Assembly: GCA_023432805.1 (NCBI GenBank)
Contig: JAEYUG010000033.1
Coordinates: 2,654-66,653 of the forward strand
Direction of reading: 5' to 3'
DNA: 64,000 nucleotides
Source of the DNA: Bacteroidota bacterium
Lineage (GTDB): Bacteria > Bacteroidota > Ignavibacteria > SZUA-365
The stretch's first letter is position 1, and each line of letters starts with the position of its first letter. Below are positions 51,975 through 60,906 of the stretch, in pieces. The translations under genes and the position numbers were made by a program. Under the pieces are notes generated by a model. The model was not told the DNA's origin. It was given only the letters and a program-made list of their open reading frames with translations, and made no database searches.

Positions 51975-53113
51975 TGATGATGACCCACGACACGACTTCC
52001 GACGGACGCATGCTGCCTGCCACTGCATCCATTCCGGCGCCGCGGCGCCTGCTCCATCCCCTGCTTGCAGCGATGCTGATCAGCGCCGCTCTCGTGACCG
52101 GATGCGGCGAAACCTTCGACACCGACAAACTCGGCGTCACTCGTCCGCCCGACACCTTCGGCGACACGACCTATATCCTGCAGCAGCCGATGTGGAGCGG
52201 GTTCAACGCTCCGGCAGACGTGCACGTCGGGTACGAACCATTCATCTATGTCGCCGAGCGGGGAGCAGACCGCATCGCCATGCTGGACCTCTCGGGTGCC
52301 CTTGTCGGACGGTCGGTGCGGGTACCGCGTCCCACTGCCATCGGACAGGATCATCGCCTGCAGCTGCTCGTGTGCGGAGAGTTCGACACAACGATCGGTG
52401 GTGCGCCGATCACCTATGGCGCGGTCTACCGCATCGATCTGTATGCGGCGCAGCACGACATCTCCCGAGCCGTCGTGCACCGCGTGTACTGGGAACCTGT
52501 GAATGCCACACGACGCTTCACCGGCGTGGGTGTGCTTGCCGACAACAGCTACTACGTCGCGCGCACCGGACCGAATAACGCAAGCATCATCGATCCCGAC
52601 GACGCAATCCTGTATTTCTCGCGTGACGACGTCCTGCAGAGTCGTGCTGCATGGCCGACACTCAGCGCCGATGGGACGGGACTCGGAACGATCACGCGTC
52701 CCACCGGACTCGCTGTCTTCCCGAAGCCGGGAACGGATTTCGTCTTCACGCAGAGCGGTCAGAAGTCCCTCTTCCGCACGCAGTGGATGACGCGCCGCAC
52801 GACCGGCGATGTTTCGCAGTGGGAGTCCTACTACCAGCCCGATCGAGATGGCGACATCCCCTTCCTGCGCGTCAGTCTTTTTCATCGTCCCGAAGACGCC
52901 GCCATCGACGGCAGTGGCAACATGTTTGTCATCGACGCCGGCAGTGACAGCCTGTTTCGATTCAACAACTCCGGCTTCATCACCCAGGCGTTCGGCGGAT
53001 CCACACAGTTCAATGCTCCTGAAGGTGTGGCGTTCTTCGACAGGACAGTCTACATCGCAGATACGGGAAACAACCGCATCCTCCGTTTCATCCTTTCAAC
53101 GGACCTGCAATAG
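51974..53113 (+). CDS. Lipoprotein with NHL-repeat beta-propeller
   Basis: LISAALVTGCG lipobox; C-terminal NHL repeat GVAFFDRTVYIADTGNNRILRF. Confidence 0.7.
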   Translation: MMMTHDTTSDGRMLPATASIPAPRRLLHPLLAAMLISAALVTGCGETFDTDKLGVTRPPDTFGDTTYILQQPMWSGFNAPADVHVGYEPFIYVAERGADRIAMLDLSGALVGRSVRVPRPTAIGQDHRLQLLVCGEFDTTIGGAPITYGAVYRIDLYAAQHDISRAVVHRVYWEPVNATRRFTGVGVLADNSYYVARTGPNNASIIDPDDAILYFSRDDVLQSRAAWPTLSADGTGLGTITRPTGLAVFPKPGTDFVFTQSGQKSLFRTQWMTRRTTGDVSQWESYYQPDRDGDIPFLRVSLFHRPEDAAIDGSGNMFVIDAGSDSLFRFNNSGFITQAFGGSTQFNAPEGVAFFDRTVYIADTGNNRILRFILSTDLQ

Positions 53114-53126
53114 GAGTGCAGCGACG

Positions 53127-54092
53127 CTACTCGTCCAGTGAGAGATCTTCGGTGCGAAGGCGAACGATGTACGATACTGATCGGTAGTCGAAAAGATCGT
53201 CGAGGTTCTGTCCGGTGAACACATGGATGCCGGGTTCCGGCCCGAACACATCTGTCACGACGAACATCTCGTAAGGCTCACGTTCGAAGGCGATGCGAAG
53301 TTCATTATCGGTGATGAAGAAGGCGATGTCGGGACCAGGCACGCCACGAATTCCAATCTTCCAGCGCTCCTCACCACGTCGCAGAAACAGCGTACAGCCA
53401 TCCTCTCCCACTGTACCCTCACGATCGAGGGAAAATCCGAGTCGTCCGTAATACTCGATCGCAATCTCCCGAGCCCGCGCATTCATGTCCGACACGTGTG
53501 CCGCATCGGAAAAGCGTGCACGGATGTCCTCGAAATCCCGATCGGGAATTTCCGGATCATTCCCATCCCAGGATTCATCAGCACCGCTTTCGGGAGAATG
53601 CGGTAGTTCGTACCAGCGTTCGTCGAGCACACCTTCCAACAGCAGCACGGTATCCGTATCTATGTGGCGCAAGCCACGTACGGACTGAGGATTGACCCCG
53701 CCATCCTTGCGGTACTGTACCTGCGTTTCCTGACCATCAACGCCGGTAAAGCGCAACTGATCTACCACTGATCTGTCGACGGGACGCAGAAAATACATGG
53801 GCGTGCTTGCGAGTCGATCTGCAATCACATGCAGGTCTGCCTCCCAGGCCTCGTACCCGAGCAATGCCTCCGCCTGCTCGGCGCTCGAGATAATATCAGC
53901 CGCCGTCATGCGGCCGATCAAATAGAGATCGCCTCGGATCACGGTGAACACGTAGAGTTGATCACCGCGACGCACCTCACCAAGTTCGTTCCGAGAGCCG
54001 GCCGTGTAATCGAGAATCTCGCCGCTCAGTCCGTCGAGATACATGTCATCGCACAGACTCTTGGTCCAGTACAACGTATATGATCTCGGCAT
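53127..54092 (-). CDS. Hypothetical protein with C-terminal DUF3883-like (restriction-endonuclease-fold, defence-associated) domain; low-GC gene
   Basis: C-terminal ARAREIAIEYYGRLGFSLDREGTVGEDGCTLFLRRGEERWKIGIRGVPGPDIAFFITDNELRIAFEREPYEMFVVT resembles DUF3883; the ORF extends to 54179, but the MPRSYTLYW start at 54092 is proposed. Confidence 0.55.
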   Translation of the reverse strand: MPRSYTLYWTKSLCDDMYLDGLSGEILDYTAGSRNELGEVRRGDQLYVFTVIRGDLYLIGRMTAADIISSAEQAEALLGYEAWEADLHVIADRLASTPMYFLRPVDRSVVDQLRFTGVDGQETQVQYRKDGGVNPQSVRGLRHIDTDTVLLLEGVLDERWYELPHSPESGADESWDGNDPEIPDRDFEDIRARFSDAAHVSDMNARAREIAIEYYGRLGFSLDREGTVGEDGCTLFLRRGEERWKIGIRGVPGPDIAFFITDNELRIAFEREPYEMFVVTDVFGPEPGIHVFTGQNLDDLFDYRSVSYIVRLRTEDLSLDE

Positions 54093-54379
54093 TGCTCGTT
54101 TCCTCTCGGGTGCTGAAGGGACATTCGTATGGAGATGGCAGACGCTGTACAAACTAGCCACCACGTCGATGCCGTGCAACGTTGAACGACCGAACCCCGC
54201 AGCCGCATGATTTATTCCGCCGCACCCTTTACATCCTTCACATCGCAGTGTATTTTAAGACAGTACTTATCCCAAATCAAGATAGACCGGTCGAAAGACC
54301 CTGACACACTCGGGCGCAGACGCGCGAGCGATAGCATGGGCCACAGGCACCGGATGGTTGTACCATTCTGGAGGATTCC

Positions 54380-57300
54380 ATGAATCTGCTGCATACTGAA
54401 GTTCCTCGCCGCACAGGCGAGCGGAAGCCCCGGCAGCCACACCTGCTGACCCTGATCGCGTCGGCTCTTGTCGTGATGCTCAGTCTGGGCGCAACACCCA
54501 TGCATGCCCGACAGCCATCGCTGTCAATCAGCAAAAGCGCGAGCGTCGATACCGTTGATACTGGCGTCCTGTTTACCTGGACGATCAGCTACAGCATCTC
54601 CTCGACCAACGATCCCGCATATGATGTCGTCATCACCGATGTGCTGCCACCGCAGCTCCTGCTCGCGGCCGGTAACGTGCAGCTGATCGGAAATCCCCAG
54701 ACGGCATCCACAAGTTATAATCCGATCACCGGGGCCGCAGTCTTCACGATGGTCAATCCGCTCCCGGCAGGATCGTCAGGCCAGCTGCAGATCAATGCCA
54801 TGTTCCCACCCGGTACGACTCCGAACGGGACCATCGCATGCAACACGGCAACGATCACGGCGAGCAATGCCGCGACCGTGACCAGCAACCAGGTCTGCGT
54901 CGTTGCACGCGCCGTGCACCGCTTTACATTCCAGAAGGACCACTACGCCGGCAATGCCCTCAACGGCACCGTGATCTACCGCCTGCGCGTCATCAATCCC
55001 ACCGGCAACAGTATCGGCGGACTCAACCTCAACGGGGCCACGTTCAGCGACACGCTGCAGACGGGAGCTGTGTATGTCTCCGCCACAGGCACGCATACTG
55101 TTGTGGGACAGGTCGTGACCTGGAACCTCGGCAATCTCGTTGTGAGCCCGTGGTACAATCCCTGGTATGTCGACTACTTCCTCACCGTGCAATACCCCTC
55201 TCCCCCGTTCACGCAGGGGCAGTCTGTCTGCAATACCGGCTGGTTGAAGGGAACACCCGTCGGGTGGACCGGGACCTTTGCACAGAAGGATTCCGCATGT
55301 CTGACCCTCGTTGCACCGCAGCCCGGCGTACAACTGCTCAAGGGTCCCTACTACAGCCCGATGACCAACCGGGTGCCCGGCTGCACCGGGTTCTATTCCC
55401 TCACACCCGGCAACACAGGCAATGTCGCCGTCGACAGCTTCAAGGTGACCGACGTGCTTCCACAGGAAGTCATGGTCACATCGTTCTCGACCGGCTCGTA
55501 TACGAACTTCCCCTCGAACAGCGTCACGATCCGCTACCGTACGACCGTCAATCCGTCATGGACGACAGCGGGCCCCTTTGTCGGCTACCAGAACATCAGC
55601 GTGTATGGCACGCCCTCGTCGACCAATCTCGGGCTGCCTTCGGGTGTGTACCTGACCGAACTCCAATGGGATTACGGCACGGCCCCCGTGGGATTTGCCA
55701 CGAGCATCCCTGCCTACATCTACTTCACACTGCTGACGAACAACTACGTCACGAACGCGCTGGTCGTGCCCGGCAACATCGTCACGAACTGCGCCACGTT
55801 GACCTGGCAATACGCATCCGCACCCGGGACGCCGGTCACGCACTGCAAACAGTTCACGGTCGACAATCCCCAGCCTGTGCTGTCGCTCAACAAGGCCGAG
55901 CTGTCGCAGGGACCCTATTTCCCGGGTGACACGATCCAATTCCGCATACGCTTCTGGAACATCGGTGCGGCGGCACTCACCGGCGTGGTCGTCACCGACG
56001 TCCTGCCTGTCGGCCTCCAGTATGCCAACACCGTTTCCTACGCCGGCGGAGGCGGGGGCCCGAATCCCACCACCCTTGGTCCCTCGATCAGCACTGCGGG
56101 CCAGACTGTGACCTGGAGCTTCTCACAGCCCTTCCCTGCCGCAGCCTGCGGCACGGGCACGAACTTCTGGTACGATATCGTCTTCAACGCTGTGGTCACG
56201 ATCAACACGCCACCGGGAACGGTGTGCAACACCTACACCATCGCGGCGACGAATCACCCGACCGTCGGCTCGAACCAGGCCTGCGTTGTCATCAATTCCG
56301 TACCGACGATGGAGTCGCAGAAACTCGTGCGCGGCTCACTCGATTCGACCTACACACTCGCGGGCAGCACCGTTGCGGGAGGAAGCGCCGATTACCAGCT
56401 CACCGTGACGAATACGGGCAACGTCACGATGAAGGATATCCTCATCGTCGACATTCTTCCATTCCCGGGGGATGTCGGTGTCATCAACTGGTCGGTGTCG
56501 CGCGGCAGCACCTGGCAGGCGAACCTCATCGCTCCGATCACCGCACCACCGGGCACATCCGTGTACTACAGCATGGAAACCGCTCCCTGCCGCAGCGATC
56601 TCGGGCTGAGCGGTCCCCTGGGCTGCACAGGACCCGTCTGGTATACGTACGCCGGCCTGATCGGTGGCGGATACAACATCACGCAGGTGCGTTCGGTCAA
56701 GCTCGACTTCGGAACCCTGCAGCTCTCGCCCGGGCAGTCGGTCGCCGTCACGTGGCCGATGACAGCTCCGGCGGGCATCCCTGTCGGACAGCTCGCCTGC
56801 AACTCGTTCGGATACCGTGCACGCCGCGCCGACAACAACGCGCTCGTCGGTCCCGCCGAACCCCTCAAGGTCTGCGTGCAGATCAGACCCACACAGGGCG
56901 CCAGCGTCGGCGACTTCGTGTGGATCGACAGTGACATGGATGGCGTGCAGGATGTCGGCGAATCCGGTTTGAACGGCGTGCAGGTCGAGCTCTGGCAGGT
57001 TGGACCCGACAACACCCCGTACACCGGCGATGATGCCATCGCGGTCAACCTCGCCAGCATCCCGATCCCCTTCGTGATGACGGCGAACAACGGCATCGGA
57101 CAGCCCGGCTACTACCTCTTCACGAATCTGCCGCCGAACACCTATTACGTCCGCTTCAGCGTCCCGCCGATGTTCACGCCGACGCTGCTCAATGCCGGCA
57201 CACCTGCAGACGACAGCGATGCGGATCCGGTTCCCGGTCCCACCTTCGGCTGGACCGCACCGTTCACCCTTGCGGCCAACGCCGCCGACACGACCATCGA

Positions 57301-60247
57301 CATGGGATTGCACGAACGCATGCCTGTCGACTGCAGCGGCTTCCGCGCCGATGTCAAGCCAAACAGCACCGGCGCCTGCTGCTGGGATCTTACGTTCTCC
57401 ATGCCGCCGCCTTCCGCCATGATGACCATCGCGGCGACAGCGCCATCCACCCTCACATCCCTGACGCCGCCAACCGGGTGGACGGCCACACCCGCGCTCG
57501 GCAGCTATCCCACCTCGAGCGTCGACGTCACCCCTCCCGCCGGCCAGAGCGGCGGCACCTCGTTGCTGCAATTCTGTGCGTCGTCGGGTGGCGTAACACC
57601 GCAGGAGTTCATCATCACGTGGACGGATGCTGCCGGGATGGTGCTCTGCACCGACACTGTGCGGACCAACTGCCCGAAGGATACCACGGGCACGGGTCCG
57701 GGTGGTGTGAAGTTCCACGACCTTGACGCCGATGGGAAGCAGGGCCCGGCGGAACCCGGTCTGTCAGACTGGACGATTCTGCTCGTACCGGTCGGCGGCG
57801 GGCGACCGCTTTCGACACGCACGCGTGCAAACGGAAGCTATCAGTTCGGCACCGTCCCAGCGGGCGTCTACCATGTCGTCGAGCAGCAGCAGACGGGCTG
57901 GGTGCAGACCGCACCCGCCACCGCCGTGCAGCAGGTGACCGTCGCACCGGGCACCACGCTGCCACCGGTCGATTTCGGAAACCTCGTACCGCCTTGTGAC
58001 CACCCGACCGACACGATCCGCATCGTGGCTGGAACGGTCGATCAGTTCGTCGGTCCCGAACCCTCATCTCCGTCTGCGTCGCTGCTGGCATGGAACACGG
58101 CGAATTACGGTCTGCCGCTGTCAGGCTTTGACAGCGAGATCAAGGAGCAGAAGGGCACCTTCTTCGGTCACACGTTCTCCGGATTCGGCAAGCCGGGCTG
58201 CTGGCTGATGGGGGCGAAGTTGCGCATTCGAATCCGCGCCGTCGGACCCACGTCACCCAACGACGGCATCGGCTTTGTCGCAGGCAGTACGCTCGCATGG
58301 TATCACACCATCGCACCGCTGACCGTGCCCGGTACGTGGACCCCGGGTCAAACGGCGACGCTGATTCTCGATCTCGGTGCGCTTGTACCGGGGCAGAACA
58401 ACGGCAGCACCTCGGTACTCGCAGCCATGGCCGGCGGCACGTTCAACATCTTCATCCAGAACCACACCATCGTCGACTACATCGGCCTCGAAGTCTACAT
58501 CTGCTGCCCCGAAGCGGTCGGGAAAGCCGAGCTCAAGGGTTGCAAATTCCATGATCTCGACGGCGACGGTGTGTGGGATCCGAGCGAACCCACACTGGCA
58601 GGCTGGACCGTCAACCTGAGCAACGGCCAGTCCGTCACCACCGGACAGGATGGCTGCTACTCGATCACCGTTCCGGCACCCGGTACCTATGTCGTCTCTG
58701 AGACACAGGTCCTCCCCTGGGTGCAGACCTTCCCCTCGAGTCCCGCCACGCACACCGTCACCGTGCAGCCGGGGCAGACCGTGTCGAATCTTAACTTCGG
58801 CAACGTCAAGCACGGTCAGGGCGGCACGACCACCGAGTGCGATTCGTTGATCTCCTCGACTGTCGACTCCGCGTGCTGCGCGTACAACGCGACCATCATG
58901 AACAATGTCGGTGCACCGATCACGAGCATCAGCTGGTCGATCACGGGTGGCACGATGAACAGCTTCACCACGACACCCTGCGCCTCGTACACAGCACCGG
59001 CGCCGGGCAGCACGTCGGGCGTGCTGCTGTATTCCCCACCCTGCCCGGGCAACATGGCATTCTCGATCGCGGCGACACCGACCACTGCAAGCGGGTGGGT
59101 GAGCGTCACCCTCGTCGTGCATCACGGCGAGAAGGATTCCTGCAGACTCACCTTCCGATGGAAGTGCGAACGTGCCCCGGTCACCGCGTGTGATTCGGTG
59201 AACGTGAAGCCCTTCCTCTTCACCGGACTCGATCTGTCGGGCCGTACCTTCACCGTGTTCAACGTCAAGGTGCCCGCCTCGCCCATCACCTCGATCGACA
59301 TCATCGGCACGCCCGCGCCCTGCTTCCTGCAGGGTGGGGCTCTGTCGATCGATGCCGTCGCGACCGCCTGGTCGGTACCGTACACACGCATCCCCATCGC
59401 CGGATCGATCAGCGCGAACAGCACCGTGAAATTCAATCTCGGTGTGGACTACACCTGCGGCTGGACCGGCGCAATCTCCCTCGTGATCCATCACGCGGAT
59501 GGAGACAGCTGCCTGTATACCTACGGTCCATGGGCAGCCACCCCGCCCTCGACCACGGGCGGTGTCGTCGTCTCATCACCGGTGCAGGCGAAGCGACTCT
59601 ACGCCAACCGCCTCCGCGTACGCAACACCCAGGGCCGCGCGCCCGTCAAATGGGTCAGCGTGGAAGTGCTCGACCCGACCGATCGCATGTTCGCCGGTTC
59701 GGGCGTGATGTGGGATGGTACGACACGAGAGCCCGGCGAGGAACCACTCGGCGAGCACCAGCAGGGCCGTGCGGAAGCCCTCTTCGGCCTCATCACCCCG
59801 GTGCTTCCGGGACGGGAGTCGGAGAGTCTGAACCTCGTCGTCGCGCGTGATTCCGCGCGTGCCGGCGTCCCGTCGATCCGCTGGACCACCTACGACGAAC
59901 GCGGCAACGCACTCACCTCCGACACGTTGCGCCTCGACGTGCCCGTGTTGTCCGTGCGAAACGATGCGCCGTCGTCGACGGCTCGCGGATTCGAACTGCT
60001 CAGTGCGTTCCCGAATCCCGCCACAAATATGACCACCGTCAACTACCTTCTCGGCTCGGAGATGGATCTCGAGATCGAGCTGTACGACATGACCGGCGCG
60101 CGCATGGCGCTGGTCGAGAGCGGACGCAGGCAAACGGGCGTGCATGCAGTGCGGGTGAATCTCGGGTCGCTGCCCGCGGGCACCTACTATCTGCAGATGC
60201 GTACCGACGCAGGCGTCGTCACGAAGCCGCTGACCATCGCGCGCTGA
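54380..60247 (+). CDS. Giant (1955 aa) surface adhesin-like protein: DUF11 repeats, multiple SdrD/Cna B-type domains, T9SS C-terminal sorting domain
   Basis: DUF11-like SISKSASVDTVDTGVLFTWTISYS; Cna-B-like GSYQFGTVPAGVYHV / GCYSITVPAPGTYVV; C-terminal FPNPATNMTTVNYLL...GTYYLQMRTDAGVVTKPLTIAR CTD. Confidence 0.85.
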   Translation: MNLLHTEVPRRTGERKPRQPHLLTLIASALVVMLSLGATPMHARQPSLSISKSASVDTVDTGVLFTWTISYSISSTNDPAYDVVITDVLPPQLLLAAGNVQLIGNPQTASTSYNPITGAAVFTMVNPLPAGSSGQLQINAMFPPGTTPNGTIACNTATITASNAATVTSNQVCVVARAVHRFTFQKDHYAGNALNGTVIYRLRVINPTGNSIGGLNLNGATFSDTLQTGAVYVSATGTHTVVGQVVTWNLGNLVVSPWYNPWYVDYFLTVQYPSPPFTQGQSVCNTGWLKGTPVGWTGTFAQKDSACLTLVAPQPGVQLLKGPYYSPMTNRVPGCTGFYSLTPGNTGNVAVDSFKVTDVLPQEVMVTSFSTGSYTNFPSNSVTIRYRTTVNPSWTTAGPFVGYQNISVYGTPSSTNLGLPSGVYLTELQWDYGTAPVGFATSIPAYIYFTLLTNNYVTNALVVPGNIVTNCATLTWQYASAPGTPVTHCKQFTVDNPQPVLSLNKAELSQGPYFPGDTIQFRIRFWNIGAAALTGVVVTDVLPVGLQYANTVSYAGGGGGPNPTTLGPSISTAGQTVTWSFSQPFPAAACGTGTNFWYDIVFNAVVTINTPPGTVCNTYTIAATNHPTVGSNQACVVINSVPTMESQKLVRGSLDSTYTLAGSTVAGGSADYQLTVTNTGNVTMKDILIVDILPFPGDVGVINWSVSRGSTWQANLIAPITAPPGTSVYYSMETAPCRSDLGLSGPLGCTGPVWYTYAGLIGGGYNITQVRSVKLDFGTLQLSPGQSVAVTWPMTAPAGIPVGQLACNSFGYRARRADNNALVGPAEPLKVCVQIRPTQGASVGDFVWIDSDMDGVQDVGESGLNGVQVELWQVGPDNTPYTGDDAIAVNLASIPIPFVMTANNGIGQPGYYLFTNLPPNTYYVRFSVPPMFTPTLLNAGTPADDSDADPVPGPTFGWTAPFTLAANAADTTIDMGLHERMPVDCSGFRADVKPNSTGACCWDLTFSMPPPSAMMTIAATAPSTLTSLTPPTGWTATPALGSYPTSSVDVTPPAGQSGGTSLLQFCASSGGVTPQEFIITWTDAAGMVLCTDTVRTNCPKDTTGTGPGGVKFHDLDADGKQGPAEPGLSDWTILLVPVGGGRPLSTRTRANGSYQFGTVPAGVYHVVEQQQTGWVQTAPATAVQQVTVAPGTTLPPVDFGNLVPPCDHPTDTIRIVAGTVDQFVGPEPSSPSASLLAWNTANYGLPLSGFDSEIKEQKGTFFGHTFSGFGKPGCWLMGAKLRIRIRAVGPTSPNDGIGFVAGSTLAWYHTIAPLTVPGTWTPGQTATLILDLGALVPGQNNGSTSVLAAMAGGTFNIFIQNHTIVDYIGLEVYICCPEAVGKAELKGCKFHDLDGDGVWDPSEPTLAGWTVNLSNGQSVTTGQDGCYSITVPAPGTYVVSETQVLPWVQTFPSSPATHTVTVQPGQTVSNLNFGNVKHGQGGTTTECDSLISSTVDSACCAYNATIMNNVGAPITSISWSITGGTMNSFTTTPCASYTAPAPGSTSGVLLYSPPCPGNMAFSIAATPTTASGWVSVTLVVHHGEKDSCRLTFRWKCERAPVTACDSVNVKPFLFTGLDLSGRTFTVFNVKVPASPITSIDIIGTPAPCFLQGGALSIDAVATAWSVPYTRIPIAGSISANSTVKFNLGVDYTCGWTGAISLVIHHADGDSCLYTYGPWAATPPSTTGGVVVSSPVQAKRLYANRLRVRNTQGRAPVKWVSVEVLDPTDRMFAGSGVMWDGTTREPGEEPLGEHQQGRAEALFGLITPVLPGRESESLNLVVARDSARAGVPSIRWTTYDERGNALTSDTLRLDVPVLSVRNDAPSSTARGFELLSAFPNPATNMTTVNYLLGSEMDLEIELYDMTGARMALVESGRRQTGVHAVRVNLGSLPAGTYYLQMRTDAGVVTKPLTIAR

Positions 60248-60270
60248 CCCCCGCGTCAGGCTGAACCGAC

Positions 60271-60305
60271 AACGCCCTCCCGGAATCCGGGAGGGCGTTG
60301 TTGTC
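60271..60305. terminator. Intrinsic terminator after the giant adhesin gene (AACGCCCTCCCGG-aat-CCGGGAGGGCGTT followed by GTTGTC)
   Basis: 13-bp perfect stem; possibly bidirectional with the lipocalin gene. Confidence 0.55.
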
Positions 60306-60349
60306 ATGCCTGGGCAATGCTCGTGGAAGACTGCCGCGTCGACCGACTG

Positions 60350-60871
60350 CTAGTGCGTGACGCGAATCAGACTCTTCGTATCGAATCCCTTCGCGGCGGC
60401 CTGTGCCACGAGACGATCATAGATCGCAGGGTCCAGCTTCGGCGTGCGGGCCAGAATCCAGAGGTACGATGTGTCGGGTCCACAGATCAGCGCGTACTGA
60501 TACCCCTCCTTGTCGAGTTCCATGATGTTGTACCCACCGTAGAACGGTCCGAAGAACGACACCTTCAGTCGACCAACATCCTCGCGATCGATGAAGAACG
60601 CCTTCCCGATCGCTTCCTTCCACTCCCCCTTCTCCGTGTTGAATCCCCGGTTCACCACCTTGACACCTCCGTCGTCACGCATCGAATACGTGGCGGTCAC
60701 CTTCGTCAATCCCCGCTCGAACGAGTGATCGAGCCGCGCGATCTCATACCAGGTGCCGAGATAGCGCGGAAGTTCGAATCCCTCGACGGGCGTCACATTG
60801 TCGGGAATGCCGGTGCATCCGGCGAGAAGCAGAGCAGAAGCAAGCGTGGCGAGAAGGGAGGTGCGGACCAT
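60350..60871 (-). CDS. blc: Bacterial lipocalin (Blc) outer-membrane lipoprotein
   Basis: LLLAGCTG lipobox; FELPRYLGTWYEIARLDHSFERG lipocalin SCR1. Confidence 0.85.
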   Translation of the reverse strand: MVRTSLLATLASALLLAGCTGIPDNVTPVEGFELPRYLGTWYEIARLDHSFERGLTKVTATYSMRDDGGVKVVNRGFNTEKGEWKEAIGKAFFIDREDVGRLKVSFFGPFYGGYNIMELDKEGYQYALICGPDTSYLWILARTPKLDPAIYDRLVAQAAAKGFDTKSLIRVTH

Positions 60872-60906
60872 GGCGATATGCGATGTGAAATGTGTGCGAG
60901 AGCGCT

